Positions 44,701-52,980 of a stretch of DNA of 64,000 bases are shown in pieces; positions within the stretch are counted from its first letter, which is position 1, and each line of letters starts with the position of its first letter. The stretch covers positions 188,943-252,942 of the forward strand of contig OY764332.1 of assembly GCA_963668425.1 (NCBI GenBank), read 5' to 3'. The position numbers were made by a program, and so were the translations under genes. The DNA comes from Minisyncoccota bacterium. Its GTDB lineage: Bacteria > Patescibacteriota > Minisyncoccia > Phycocordibacterales > JABAAK01. The notes under the pieces are model-generated. The model was not told the origin of the DNA and did no database searches. It saw only the letters and a list, made by a program, of their open reading frames with translations.

Positions 44701-45870
44701 TCATTGACTATATAGTGAAAAATGATCCGCGCCTATAGTGGAAATGTGATCAATCCTTTTTTGGGCTTCACTTTCACTAAACCCTTCTGCCTCTAATCCT
44801 TTTGTCACAGGACCTTTGAGGTTATCATATCTACTTTTATTTTTTACTTCATATACAGCCTTGAATCCGCTGTCTTTTGCTGCTCGTATGAACGCAACGA
44901 TGTTTGTCGCGTTCGGGGTTGTGGTGGTAAAGTTTGCGTCAACACAGGTGCAGTTTTCTGGTTTATGGCAACTGTTCTGGTGAGTGAGTGTTGGTGGACA
45001 CGCTTCAGTAACACGCCATTTCGCACTACTCTGCCCGGCAAGTTTCTGTAACTTTTCCCCAACACCCTTACTGACCCAGCATGCGTCTGTTTGATTGAAC
45101 TCATTATTTGGTTTATTTTTTTTATTGGTACACAGCTCGTGGGCATCCTTAAAACTCACCCCAAGAATACTTGCTGTTTCTGTCTGACAGCCGGGACATC
45201 TCTGCAAACTTGTAGGTTGTTGCTGTTGACCCGGATCTGGTCCCGTGGACTCTGTTGGCTCTATCGGATCATCTGTGGCTTCTGTTGGTTCCGCTGGCTC
45301 AGGTGCTGTAGGTTCTGTTGCAGGCGTTGTATCTACGGGCTCTGTTGGTGTAACTGGATCAGGAGTTGGGGACTTTGTCAGATTTGCAACATCTGGGGTT
45401 GGTAGTGATGACTCATCATATTTAAATGGATCACCATCGTTTAGATTGTAGCCGATAATATCAAAGCCGGCCTTGACAATGAGATATGCGCTGAGAATGA
45501 AGAGAAGTCCTACTAATGTTGCTCTGAGTGCATCCTGCACCTCTTTTCTTGCCTGCTGATGCCCACCTTTTGTAAACACATTGACTGCTAATTTTGTTCC
45601 TTTGTAGAAAATAAGCAACCCTGCCCCGGTAATTGCGACCCAAAGAAGTAGTTTCATCACATTATTTGCCAATTGAAAAAAATGCTTAATACTACAATCC
45701 TCCTTTCCACTTTCACCAAAACTACAATCTATTATTAGATTTGACTGTTCTGGTGTTTTTGTCACTAATGCGTTGTTTGTTTGACCAAGTACGACTGTAC
45801 TACTTATGATTGAACTTGCCACAAACACTACCGCCACAACAAGAAAATATGCCGTCTTTTGTTTGTACAT
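44701..45870 (-). CDS. hypothetical envelope protein: signal peptide, TrbC/VirB2-like two-helix module, Pro/Thr/Glu linker, Cys-rich C-terminal domain
   Basis: Start at MYKQKTAYFLVVAVVFVASSIISSTVVLG (45870). Helix pair VMKLLLWVAITGAGLLIFYKG...LRATLVGLLFILSAYLIVKAGF. Linker PTPDPVTPTEPVDTTPATEPTAPEPAEPTE. The C-terminal ~180 aa contain 9 Cys. Confidence 0.55.
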   Translation of the reverse strand: MYKQKTAYFLVVAVVFVASSIISSTVVLGQTNNALVTKTPEQSNLIIDCSFGESGKEDCSIKHFFQLANNVMKLLLWVAITGAGLLIFYKGTKLAVNVFTKGGHQQARKEVQDALRATLVGLLFILSAYLIVKAGFDIIGYNLNDGDPFKYDESSLPTPDVANLTKSPTPDPVTPTEPVDTTPATEPTAPEPAEPTEATDDPIEPTESTGPDPGQQQQPTSLQRCPGCQTETASILGVSFKDAHELCTNKKNKPNNEFNQTDACWVSKGVGEKLQKLAGQSSAKWRVTEACPPTLTHQNSCHKPENCTCVDANFTTTTPNATNIVAFIRAAKDSGFKAVYEVKNKSRYDNLKGPVTKGLEAEGFSESEAQKRIDHISTIGADHFSLYSQ

Positions 45871-45950
45871 GCTGCTGTCAGTATACCGCACGTCAACGTT
45901 CCTTATTCTGCTCTTGTGGTGTCTATACGGCTGTGTTATCATGTACTCTA

Positions 45951-46634
45951 ATGATATTAACTGATCAACAAATAGCTCCGATAGATGTAGAAAAGCGGCG
46001 TAAGAGTGGTTTTGATGTGGGAGATACTGTTCGTGTCCATCAAAAAATTACTGAAAAGGATAAAATTCGTATACAGGTTTTTGAGGGTACTGTTATAGCC
46101 CGCAAACATGGCACTGAGCCGGGTGCAACATTTACTGTCCGTCGTGTTGGTACTGACGGCATAGTGGTGGAAAAGATATTCCCTCTGTATACCCCCACCA
46201 TAGATCGCATAGAAATATCACAAAAAATTAAAACTCGACGTGCAAAATTGTACTTCCTTCGCGGAAGAACACCAAAACAAATCCGAGAAAAACTTCGTAA
46301 TACCGTGGCATCTATAAAAGATGCTGTGGTGCCAGAGCCAAGACAGCAGGAGAAGACGAAGGAGGGGCGTGAAGTACAACAGCATGAAGGTGAAGAAGGG
46401 TCGGAAAAACAACCTACAGCACAGCAAGAAGATCTGCCAGAGCAGGAGAAGGAGGAAGAAGTGGAAAAACAACCTACAGCACAGCAAGATGAACAACAAA
46501 AACAAGGAAAGGAAAGTGCTTCAAAGCAGCAGGAAGAGGTGCCGAAGGCACAGTCAGATGTACATAGCGCTTCGGAATCTGAACAAACAAAACAAACGGC
46601 AACACCTCAACAACCTGGTACTACTGATGCATAA
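45951..46634 (+). CDS. rplS: 50S ribosomal protein L19 with ~110-aa acidic/Gln-rich C-terminal extension
   Basis: MILTDQQIAPIDVEKRRKSGFDVGDTVRVHQKITEKDKIRIQVFEGTVIARKHGTEPGATFTVRRV...RRAKLYFLR. Start at ATG 45951; the tracked ORF's 5' extension overlaps the divergent gene. Confidence 0.88.
   Translation: MILTDQQIAPIDVEKRRKSGFDVGDTVRVHQKITEKDKIRIQVFEGTVIARKHGTEPGATFTVRRVGTDGIVVEKIFPLYTPTIDRIEISQKIKTRRAKLYFLRGRTPKQIREKLRNTVASIKDAVVPEPRQQEKTKEGREVQQHEGEEGSEKQPTAQQEDLPEQEKEEEVEKQPTAQQDEQQKQGKESASKQQEEVPKAQSDVHSASESEQTKQTATPQQPGTTDA
46403..46489. repeat. 27-nt exact direct repeat, 60-bp period, in the L19 tail
   Basis: GGAAAAACAACCTACAGCACAGCAAGA at 46403-46429 and 46463-46489, encoding EKQPTAQQ twice. 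Confidence 0.85.
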
Positions 46635-46645
46635 ATGGTCAGTTG

Positions 46646-47617
46646 TTATTGTTGCAAAAATGCATCCACAATCTGCTCAACATCGGTGGCGTTTTGTGCT
46701 TCGTCCATGAGTTTCATGCGGAGTTGTTTAGCACCGACAAAGCCCTCAATATATGCTTTGTAATGTTTTTTCATCAGGTTAAATGATTTTGTTGGCAGTT
46801 TTTCTTCAAACAGCTTGGTGTGTTCAACCATTACCCGCAACTGCTTTTTGATTGGTACTGCGCTTCGTGAAACCTTTTTGTTAAAAAGCCATGGATTACC
46901 AAACATACCCCTTCCTATCATGATTCCGTCGCACCCGCTCTCCTGTGCTTTCTGCTCACCATCTGCTCTATCCATCACATCACCATTACCAACCAACAGT
47001 GTCTTTGGCGCGAGTGTGTCTCGCAGAGCAACAATACGACTCATTGCCTCCCAGTGTGCTGGCACTTTTGACATTTCTTTTCTTGTGCGTAGATGTACTG
47101 ATAGTGCAACAATGTTTGTTTGTAGTAATGTTGGTATCCATGAGTCAATTTCATCTTGATTGTAGCCCATTCTAGTTTTTACCGACACAGGCAAACCGGT
47201 TTGCATTGCCGCCTCTATAATGGTAGTTGCTGCTTTTGGGTTTCTAATCATATCGCATCCACATCCTTGTTTTTCAATTTTTCGATCAGGGCACCCCATA
47301 TTAATATCTAATCCGTCAAAACCAAGCTCTTTTACCAGCATTCCTGCTTTATACATATTCTTTGGATCGCTTGTAAATAATTGTGCAACAATCGGTCGCT
47401 GATTTTCTTCAAATAGCAAATCAATTTTAAGTGACTCCCGCCCAGGTGAACACAATCCATCAGCAGATACAAACTCTGTCCAAAATACATCTGGCTTTCC
47501 ATACTTTGCAAACATCGTGCGGAAAGAGGTATCTGTTACATCTGCCATGGGTGCAAGCGCAAAAAACGGGCGTGGTAATGTATCCCAGAAAGAATCTTTT
47601 TTTTCATATTTTTTCAT
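46646..47617 (-). CDS. dus: tRNA-dihydrouridine synthase
   Basis: FALAPMADVTDTSFR...DINMGCP...VSVKTRMG...HLRTRKEM...GNGDV (Dus TIM-barrel motifs). Confidence 0.88.
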   Translation of the reverse strand: MKKYEKKDSFWDTLPRPFFALAPMADVTDTSFRTMFAKYGKPDVFWTEFVSADGLCSPGRESLKIDLLFEENQRPIVAQLFTSDPKNMYKAGMLVKELGFDGLDINMGCPDRKIEKQGCGCDMIRNPKAATTIIEAAMQTGLPVSVKTRMGYNQDEIDSWIPTLLQTNIVALSVHLRTRKEMSKVPAHWEAMSRIVALRDTLAPKTLLVGNGDVMDRADGEQKAQESGCDGIMIGRGMFGNPWLFNKKVSRSAVPIKKQLRVMVEHTKLFEEKLPTKSFNLMKKHYKAYIEGFVGAKQLRMKLMDEAQNATDVEQIVDAFLQQ

Positions 47618-48422
47618 ACAGAATACTTAATGGATTGCGGACATCAACGGATATAATTTCCGCCAGTTTTTCTGGATTAGAAAACACTTCTTCAAACACG
47701 ATGTGGAGTGCTCGGGTTGTGTCGTGTGTTGACTCACTGATATCAAGCCAAATACCAATACTGTTTTCAAGTTCAATATGTACCACCTTTGTATCCCGTC
47801 GTAGTGATATCTTTTTTACTAAAAAACCACCATTTTCAAGATACTGCACTATCTCAGGTATTTTTTGAAAATCTGTTATCGCTGAGATACCGTCATCAAA
47901 TATCTGATCACTGAGATGTAGTGTATTAGAGACGGCAATGGTAGTGCCAACCTGTATGTCTGTCTTCATAAAGGCAACTCCTTCTGTGTCAATAATGAGA
48001 CACTGTGTGTCTGAGCAATAGGTACCGAACGATGTTCTTTTTTTTGCCACGATCTGCCATTTATTTAAGAAATTTGATTTTACACTAACGGCGTCTGCCT
48101 GTAAAAAATTTGTTCGTACCATATTTTCAAATTCTTGTTTTTTGAAAAAGTATCGTGTTTTTCCCGGCACTCCATAGACCTTATCACTGAGCGCTTTCTT
48201 TGCATACGTAAGTATTTTTGTTCGTACTGTCTGATCTATATCAGATTCTGGCGCTATAGCAATTGACTGCACTGAAATAAATGGTAGATGTAATGCAGTT
48301 GCTGCAATGATGATTATGATTGCTGTCCCTAGCACAATGCGAATAGTTATCCGTAGCAATTTTTGTGTTGACTTACGGAGAAACCAAATTTTTATTTTAC
48401 TCTTTAGTCCTCTCTTCCTCAT
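47604..48422 (-). CDS. FtsQ-like cell division protein (TM + POTRA)
   Basis: Basic N-terminus, TM IVLGTAIIIIIAATALHL, then ISVQSIAIAPESDIDQTVRTKILTYAKK...LQADAVSVKSNFLNKWQIVAKKRTSFG, which resembles a POTRA_1 arrangement. Confidence 0.5.
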   Translation of the reverse strand: MRKRGLKSKIKIWFLRKSTQKLLRITIRIVLGTAIIIIIAATALHLPFISVQSIAIAPESDIDQTVRTKILTYAKKALSDKVYGVPGKTRYFFKKQEFENMVRTNFLQADAVSVKSNFLNKWQIVAKKRTSFGTYCSDTQCLIIDTEGVAFMKTDIQVGTTIAVSNTLHLSDQIFDDGISAITDFQKIPEIVQYLENGGFLVKKISLRRDTKVVHIELENSIGIWLDISESTHDTTRALHIVFEEVFSNPEKLAEIISVDVRNPLSILYEKI

Positions 48423-48564
48423 TACTTAAATGGTACAGCACATCTTCACGTATCCAAACAATGAGTATCGTTTGTTAAAACTGTGGTGTACTCATTGCAG
48501 AAAGAGATGGGTACCATCTTTACTTTTGTGTTCTGCGGTATGTAGTACTGCATGTGAACAATTC

Positions 48565-50631
48565 TTATGGTGTCGGTCTTTTGTCCCGAAACCCTACCCC
48601 GTGCAATCGCACTATATCAAGCCCTCCAGTTGGTCCGGCTGTTGTCGGAAGGTGGTATCGCTCAATGTGGTCAGTATCGCTGCAAACGGTATTTAACTCT
48701 ATGCCGCTATATTGTTCTTTTGCTCCTGTCGTTGGCTCCAGGAGATACACTTCGTCAACCTTCCCAGAAATGAGCGAGGTTCCTATCACAGCTACAATAT
48801 TTTTACTTGGGTGCTTATTGGAAAGACGGTTAAAGACAACCTGCTGATCATTTTCTGCGGTTGTATCACACAAGACTCTTTGCTTGTTGTTTGGTGCCTC
48901 GTTTTTGTTGAACACTGAGATGACTGTCGCGGTATCCGATGCTCTCACACCGCTAAAATATACCAGTCGCCCATTTTTATTAATAGCTATAGGTAGGTTC
49001 CTGAAATGCAGATGATCAGTGAGTGGTGATGTATCACTTGTTGCGATTGTGGTTACTGTGGTATCAAGTATGCTGTCAATGGCACAAAGGGCGGTGCCAT
49101 CTGAGCATAGTATGGTGTATGTATTCAACCCATTGCCGTATGCAAAAATATTTCCGTTGGCAATTGCGTCACTTCGCTTTAATTTTGATGCTCTTGAGCC
49201 GGCCGATACCACGTGCTTACCGGCGCTGTCCCGATACCAGAGTGAAACTGTGTTGTTGATAACCTGCAATGCATCAAGGAATCTGAAAGACACATTGTTA
49301 ATTTCACTCGGTGTGATGTTGGTGTTGTTGTCTGGGTTTGGGTCTGGGTATATCTGTCGACAACGATTACTGGATGTGTTGTTCGGCACATACTCAAATT
49401 CACTACACCCGCCGTTAATATCACCTGAGGAGATAGGGGCGTTGCCACTGAATAGGCGAACCGTTCGATTGCCGGCAGTATTTCTGAAGTATATAAGCAC
49501 TCGATTAGCATCACTGTATATGTGTCGTACGGTGTTCTTGCTGACACCACCCTCTACGATACGGGTTGAGGAAGCATTATCAATTCTATAGAGCACACCA
49601 CTGTATGATCGTGCGTATAGGAGCCCTCCTGAAGGGTGGATGGACACAATGCTTCGCGGATCGTTTGTGCAAAAGCGACAGGTGCTGAGGTTTGACTTCC
49701 CCAGTACCCGAACAACAGCATCCTGTATCCTGGAAGACACTTTATACACCGCATCTTTTACTCCAACAGACCCGCTTGCAGTTAGCGCTTCATCTATGGA
49801 TGTCTGTGGAATGAAAAAGAGTAGTCCATTATCTCCGAGGATATAGAGCCCATCGTTAGTAAATTCAGCTGCGATTATTTTTGCACTCTCTTCACAAAAA
49901 CTATCCACAAAGGTGTTTCCTAATCCATCCCGACATACGATTTCAGCATTCTCTGGATTAGTGACGATACTGCCGTTCTCATCAAGGTACTGCCCTGACT
50001 CATCCACTCTTGGGCCATATGCATAGTGATACACAACTGAGGCATCTTCATTTTCGGAGCTGCTGACAAAGGTGCTCAGAATATTTTGACCTGGCTCAAG
50101 TATGCGGCTGGTAATCTGTGTCTTGAATGAGATTTGTTTTGTATTGCCGTCAATGACATATTCCGCATCAATTTGTGCCTGTACTCTCGGTTGCTTTGTA
50201 GTGTCATTTTCTAGTTCAAAGGAGAGGTTTGTTACCGAAACGGACTTGTCAGTAAACGGCACCCATCCATCAGAGGAGCTGCATGTATTCGGGTCTGGAT
50301 CAAATAGTTTTTTTGCTCGCTTTACCTGCTTATTTGTACTGTCATACCAAATTTTTATTCGTGCATTTAATTGATCAGTAAATGCCAGGCAGTGGCATGT
50401 GTTTCCTACCGTTTGCCCACAGGTGTAGTCATACCCGAAATAGGTCTCGCGTGATAACTCAGAGAACAGAAACCGAACGGTCTCAAGTGCAACTCTCTCA
50501 TCCTGTACCCGCACTTGCTGCCCAATAAATGTGGTAAAAAAGCTTAACATAGTGGTCAACACAATACTCGCCAATCCGATAGCGACAATGAGTTCAATGA
50601 GTGTAAAGCCCCGTGTATGTGAAGACCTCAT
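48565..50631 (-). CDS. large (688 aa) type IV pilin-like protein with prepilin N-terminal methylation motif
   Basis: MRSSHTRGFTLIELIVAIGLASIVLTTMLSFF is a class III signal peptide (G/FTLIE). Start at Met14 (50631). Confidence 0.75.
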   Translation of the reverse strand: MRSSHTRGFTLIELIVAIGLASIVLTTMLSFFTTFIGQQVRVQDERVALETVRFLFSELSRETYFGYDYTCGQTVGNTCHCLAFTDQLNARIKIWYDSTNKQVKRAKKLFDPDPNTCSSSDGWVPFTDKSVSVTNLSFELENDTTKQPRVQAQIDAEYVIDGNTKQISFKTQITSRILEPGQNILSTFVSSSENEDASVVYHYAYGPRVDESGQYLDENGSIVTNPENAEIVCRDGLGNTFVDSFCEESAKIIAAEFTNDGLYILGDNGLLFFIPQTSIDEALTASGSVGVKDAVYKVSSRIQDAVVRVLGKSNLSTCRFCTNDPRSIVSIHPSGGLLYARSYSGVLYRIDNASSTRIVEGGVSKNTVRHIYSDANRVLIYFRNTAGNRTVRLFSGNAPISSGDINGGCSEFEYVPNNTSSNRCRQIYPDPNPDNNTNITPSEINNVSFRFLDALQVINNTVSLWYRDSAGKHVVSAGSRASKLKRSDAIANGNIFAYGNGLNTYTILCSDGTALCAIDSILDTTVTTIATSDTSPLTDHLHFRNLPIAINKNGRLVYFSGVRASDTATVISVFNKNEAPNNKQRVLCDTTAENDQQVVFNRLSNKHPSKNIVAVIGTSLISGKVDEVYLLEPTTGAKEQYSGIELNTVCSDTDHIERYHLPTTAGPTGGLDIVRLHGVGFRDKRPTP

Positions 50632-50803
50632 GTACTTATAATACCACCCTGCTGTGGTGGCATAGGACACTGTATTGCCATTATAATTAGGTAGATATAT
50701 TCTAATGTGTATGCAAAAAGGGACTTAATTTGCCCTTAAACATGCTCTGCAGTTATCAAAAAACCCTATAAAATAAGGATTTTTCTTATATTTTCTCTTA
50801 AAA

Positions 50804-50832
50804 TTGACGAAATTTGATAAATATTGTATACT
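50804..50832 (+). promoter_or_regulatory. near-consensus sigma70-type promoter
   Basis: TTGACG (50804-50809), 17-bp spacer, TATACT (50827-50832), in an AT-rich 280-bp gap. Confidence 0.6.
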
Positions 50833-50850
50833 ATATATAGTTTTTCTTTG

Positions 50851-50914
50851 ACACACAATCCACATAAGGCAATCTATATCTGATACAAATGGTTGTTTTG
50901 TGTGGGTTGTGTGT
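50851..50914 (+). promoter_or_regulatory. long inverted repeat / 5' leader hairpin
   Basis: ACACACAATCCACA (50851-50864) pairs with TGTGGGTTGTGTGT (50901-50914): 14 bp with one G-U, 36-nt loop. It lies between the promoter and the SD at 50939-50943. Confidence 0.5.
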
Positions 50915-50949
50915 TGTAATTTAACTAAATAACTAAAAAAGGAGAATGT

Positions 50950-51273
50950 ATGTTAGGAACTGGAATTTCTGTAAATGGAGAGCGTGTGTTGCTGAGCCCT
51001 GAACCTCAGGAAACGGAAGCGATTGATGGTTCCGCTGATCGTGGGATCATTTTGGTTGACAACCTCGGCAAGAGATCGGTTTTTATGCCGAAGGGCACCT
51101 CCCGGAGAGATCGTGCACGACATAGGAGCAAGAGACCGATCCGATCTTGGGTGTCCCGCTTTTGCTCAGAGGCACGTGGGCAGATATCTGCCCACACGTA
51201 CTTGCGGGTAAATGGCACTGTAACCATATATCCCGCCTCTGAAGATCTTAGACGAATGCTCCTAAGTGATTAA
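50950..51273 (+). CDS. orphan 107-aa basic protein, possibly a divergent or frame-disrupted Cpn10/GroES-like gene
   Basis: AAGGAG lies 5 nt upstream of the ATG, and the ORF ends 35 nt before a strong terminator. N-terminal ISVNGERVLLSPEPQETEAIDGSADRGIILVDNLGK and C-terminal YLRVNGTVTIYPASEDLRRML resemble the GroES ends. The middle is Arg-rich in this frame, while frame +1 reads PPGEIVHDIGARDRSDLG...HVGRYL. The region is visibly GC-richer than its flanks, and three frames are open. Confidence 0.45.
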   Translation: MLGTGISVNGERVLLSPEPQETEAIDGSADRGIILVDNLGKRSVFMPKGTSRRDRARHRSKRPIRSWVSRFCSEARGQISAHTYLRVNGTVTIYPASEDLRRMLLSD

Positions 51274-51308
51274 ACTTTAAAGGCAGTGAGGATTTGCCTG
51301 AAACCTCA

Positions 51309-51349
51309 ACCCAGCAGTTTACTAAACACTGCTGGGTTTTTTGTTTTTT
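51309..51349 (+). terminator. rho-independent terminator
   Basis: ACCCAGCAG-(11 nt)-CTGCTGGGT followed by TTTTTGTTTTTT. Confidence 0.8.
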
Positions 51350-51379
51350 ATACAAACTGTGCTCAGTACGTTGCTCTGT

Positions 51380-52966
51380 TTATATCGGTGGTGTTCGGTA
51401 GGTAACCGCTTCCAGAATATGATCCGGCAAAATATCTGCACTTTCCGCTAAGTCGGCAATGGTTCTTGCACATTTGATTGTGCGATGATAGCCACGTGGA
51501 GACAGTGAGAGTTTTGTTGCAGCTGATTGAAGTATAGAGACCGATTCAGATGGCATCGCAAGATGACTTTCAATAATCCGTGCATCGGCTTCACTGTTGA
51601 GATGTATGTGGGTGTTCGTATACCGATTTGCCTGTGCTTTCCGTGCTTTATGTACTGCTGCTTTGATACTGTTTGTTTTTGTGGCATCTTGTGGCACCTG
51701 CTTCTTTTCTAGTTCATCAAAGTTGCTTGCCTCCACTGCTATCCATACATCAATACGGTCGGCGATTGGTCCGGTGAGTTTTCGGCGATATGCTGTTTTT
51801 GACGATGGCGAACAAGAACATATTTTATCGGTACCTGTATTGCCGCACGGACATAGATTAAATGCAATCACCAGAGTGCATGATGCTGGGAATCTGACCG
51901 ATCCACTTGTTCTGGTGACAGTGATAGCATGCTCTTCAAGTGGCTCTCGTAGTGATTCAATAACCCGTCTATCAAACTCAGGAAACTCATCTAGGAACAG
52001 CACACCACGATGTGCAAGGGATATCTCGCCTGGACGTAGCGCTCTGCCACCACCTGTAATTGATGCATATGAAGAGGTGTGGTGTGGGTTGCGAAATGGT
52101 GGTGTACTAATCGGCTCGGAAGGGATGCTATGAGAGATTGAATGTAGAGATGTCACTTCAACACATTCATTTTTTGTGAGTGGTGGTAGGATACTGATAA
52201 GTGCTTTTGCTAGTAATGTTTTACCGGCACCTGGTGGTCCGTATAGTGCGATATTGTGTCCGCCTGCGCCGGCAACGGTAAGTGCTCGTTTCACACTTTC
52301 CTGCCCTTTTACACACTCAAAGTCAACATAGTTGTTGGTGTTTTTCTCGGGGATATATGATGGCATAGTTGGGGGTATGTTTGTCTCGGACTGCAGGTGT
52401 GCTATAACTACCTGCAACGATTTACATGGAATGATGCTTATGCCGTCAATCAGTGCTGCTTCTTTTGTATTGCCGAAAGGGATGTATACTTCTTCAAATC
52501 CATTTTTCTTTGCGTGTTGCAGGATTGGTAGTATCCCTCGTGTTGATTGAATACTGCCGTCTAATGCTAATTCGCCGATGAATAGTTTTTTCTCTGGGTT
52601 AAAATAGAGTTTTTTTATGGCAAGTAAATAGGTGAGGGCGACTGGAACATCAAATAGCGTGCCGGTTTTTTTCAGATCACCTGGTGCAAGTGAGACAACA
52701 ATTTTATGATTTTGTTGTTTTGGTGAGATGAGTCCAGAATGTTTGATTGCCGCGGCTACTCGTTCTCGTGCCTCATCAACTGCTTTATCAGGCAGCCCGA
52801 TGATGGAGAATGTATGAATACCGGGGGAGATATCAACCTCAACTCGCACTGTTTGTGCTGCCAGAGATATTCGTTGGGCACTGTAGGTGTATGCGTGTGT
52901 TGTGTTTTGTGTATTTTTTTTCACATACTCACTATAGTACAGTCGCGTGAAAAAGTAAAAAATCAC
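51380..52966 (-). CDS. comM: Mg-chelatase-like AAA+ protein YifB/ComM
   Basis: ...VRVEVDISPGIHTFSIIGLPDKAVDEARERV..., Walker A YGPPGAGKTLLAKA, ...FLDEFPEF... The start is uncertain: GTG at 52966 as tracked, or in-frame GTG at 52924. Confidence 0.88.
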   Translation of the reverse strand: MIFYFFTRLYYSEYVKKNTQNTTHAYTYSAQRISLAAQTVRVEVDISPGIHTFSIIGLPDKAVDEARERVAAAIKHSGLISPKQQNHKIVVSLAPGDLKKTGTLFDVPVALTYLLAIKKLYFNPEKKLFIGELALDGSIQSTRGILPILQHAKKNGFEEVYIPFGNTKEAALIDGISIIPCKSLQVVIAHLQSETNIPPTMPSYIPEKNTNNYVDFECVKGQESVKRALTVAGAGGHNIALYGPPGAGKTLLAKALISILPPLTKNECVEVTSLHSISHSIPSEPISTPPFRNPHHTSSYASITGGGRALRPGEISLAHRGVLFLDEFPEFDRRVIESLREPLEEHAITVTRTSGSVRFPASCTLVIAFNLCPCGNTGTDKICSCSPSSKTAYRRKLTGPIADRIDVWIAVEASNFDELEKKQVPQDATKTNSIKAAVHKARKAQANRYTNTHIHLNSEADARIIESHLAMPSESVSILQSAATKLSLSPRGYHRTIKCARTIADLAESADILPDHILEAVTYRTPPI

Positions 52967-52980
52967 CGAACAACGTTGTC

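Noticed and set aside
45810-45950. 47-codon N-terminal extension of the L19 ORF (MNLPQTLPPQQENMPSFVCTCCC...)
   Set aside because: It overlaps the 5' end of the divergent gene on the other strand and is Cys-rich nonsense. The canonical L19 N-terminus begins at ATG 45951.
50840-51349. Known structured RNAs (RNase P RNA, tmRNA, SRP/4.5S RNA, group II intron domain 5, tRNA-like end) as an explanation for the GC-rich multi-frame-open block
   Set aside because: I looked for the hallmark strings and found none: the GAGGAAAGUCC-type P4 helix, a tRNA-like GGTTCGA..CCA 3' end, the GGAAGCAGCC SRP motif, and a 34-nt D5 hairpin. The presence of an SD and ATG favours an mRNA. An unknown ncRNA class cannot be excluded.
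52924-52966. Exact start of comM (GTG 52966 versus in-frame GTG 52924, with a TTTACT-17-TATAGT promoter-like site that would make the mRNA nearly leaderless)
   Set aside because: This cannot be decided from sequence alone. I kept the tracked coordinates and did not report the promoter as a feature.
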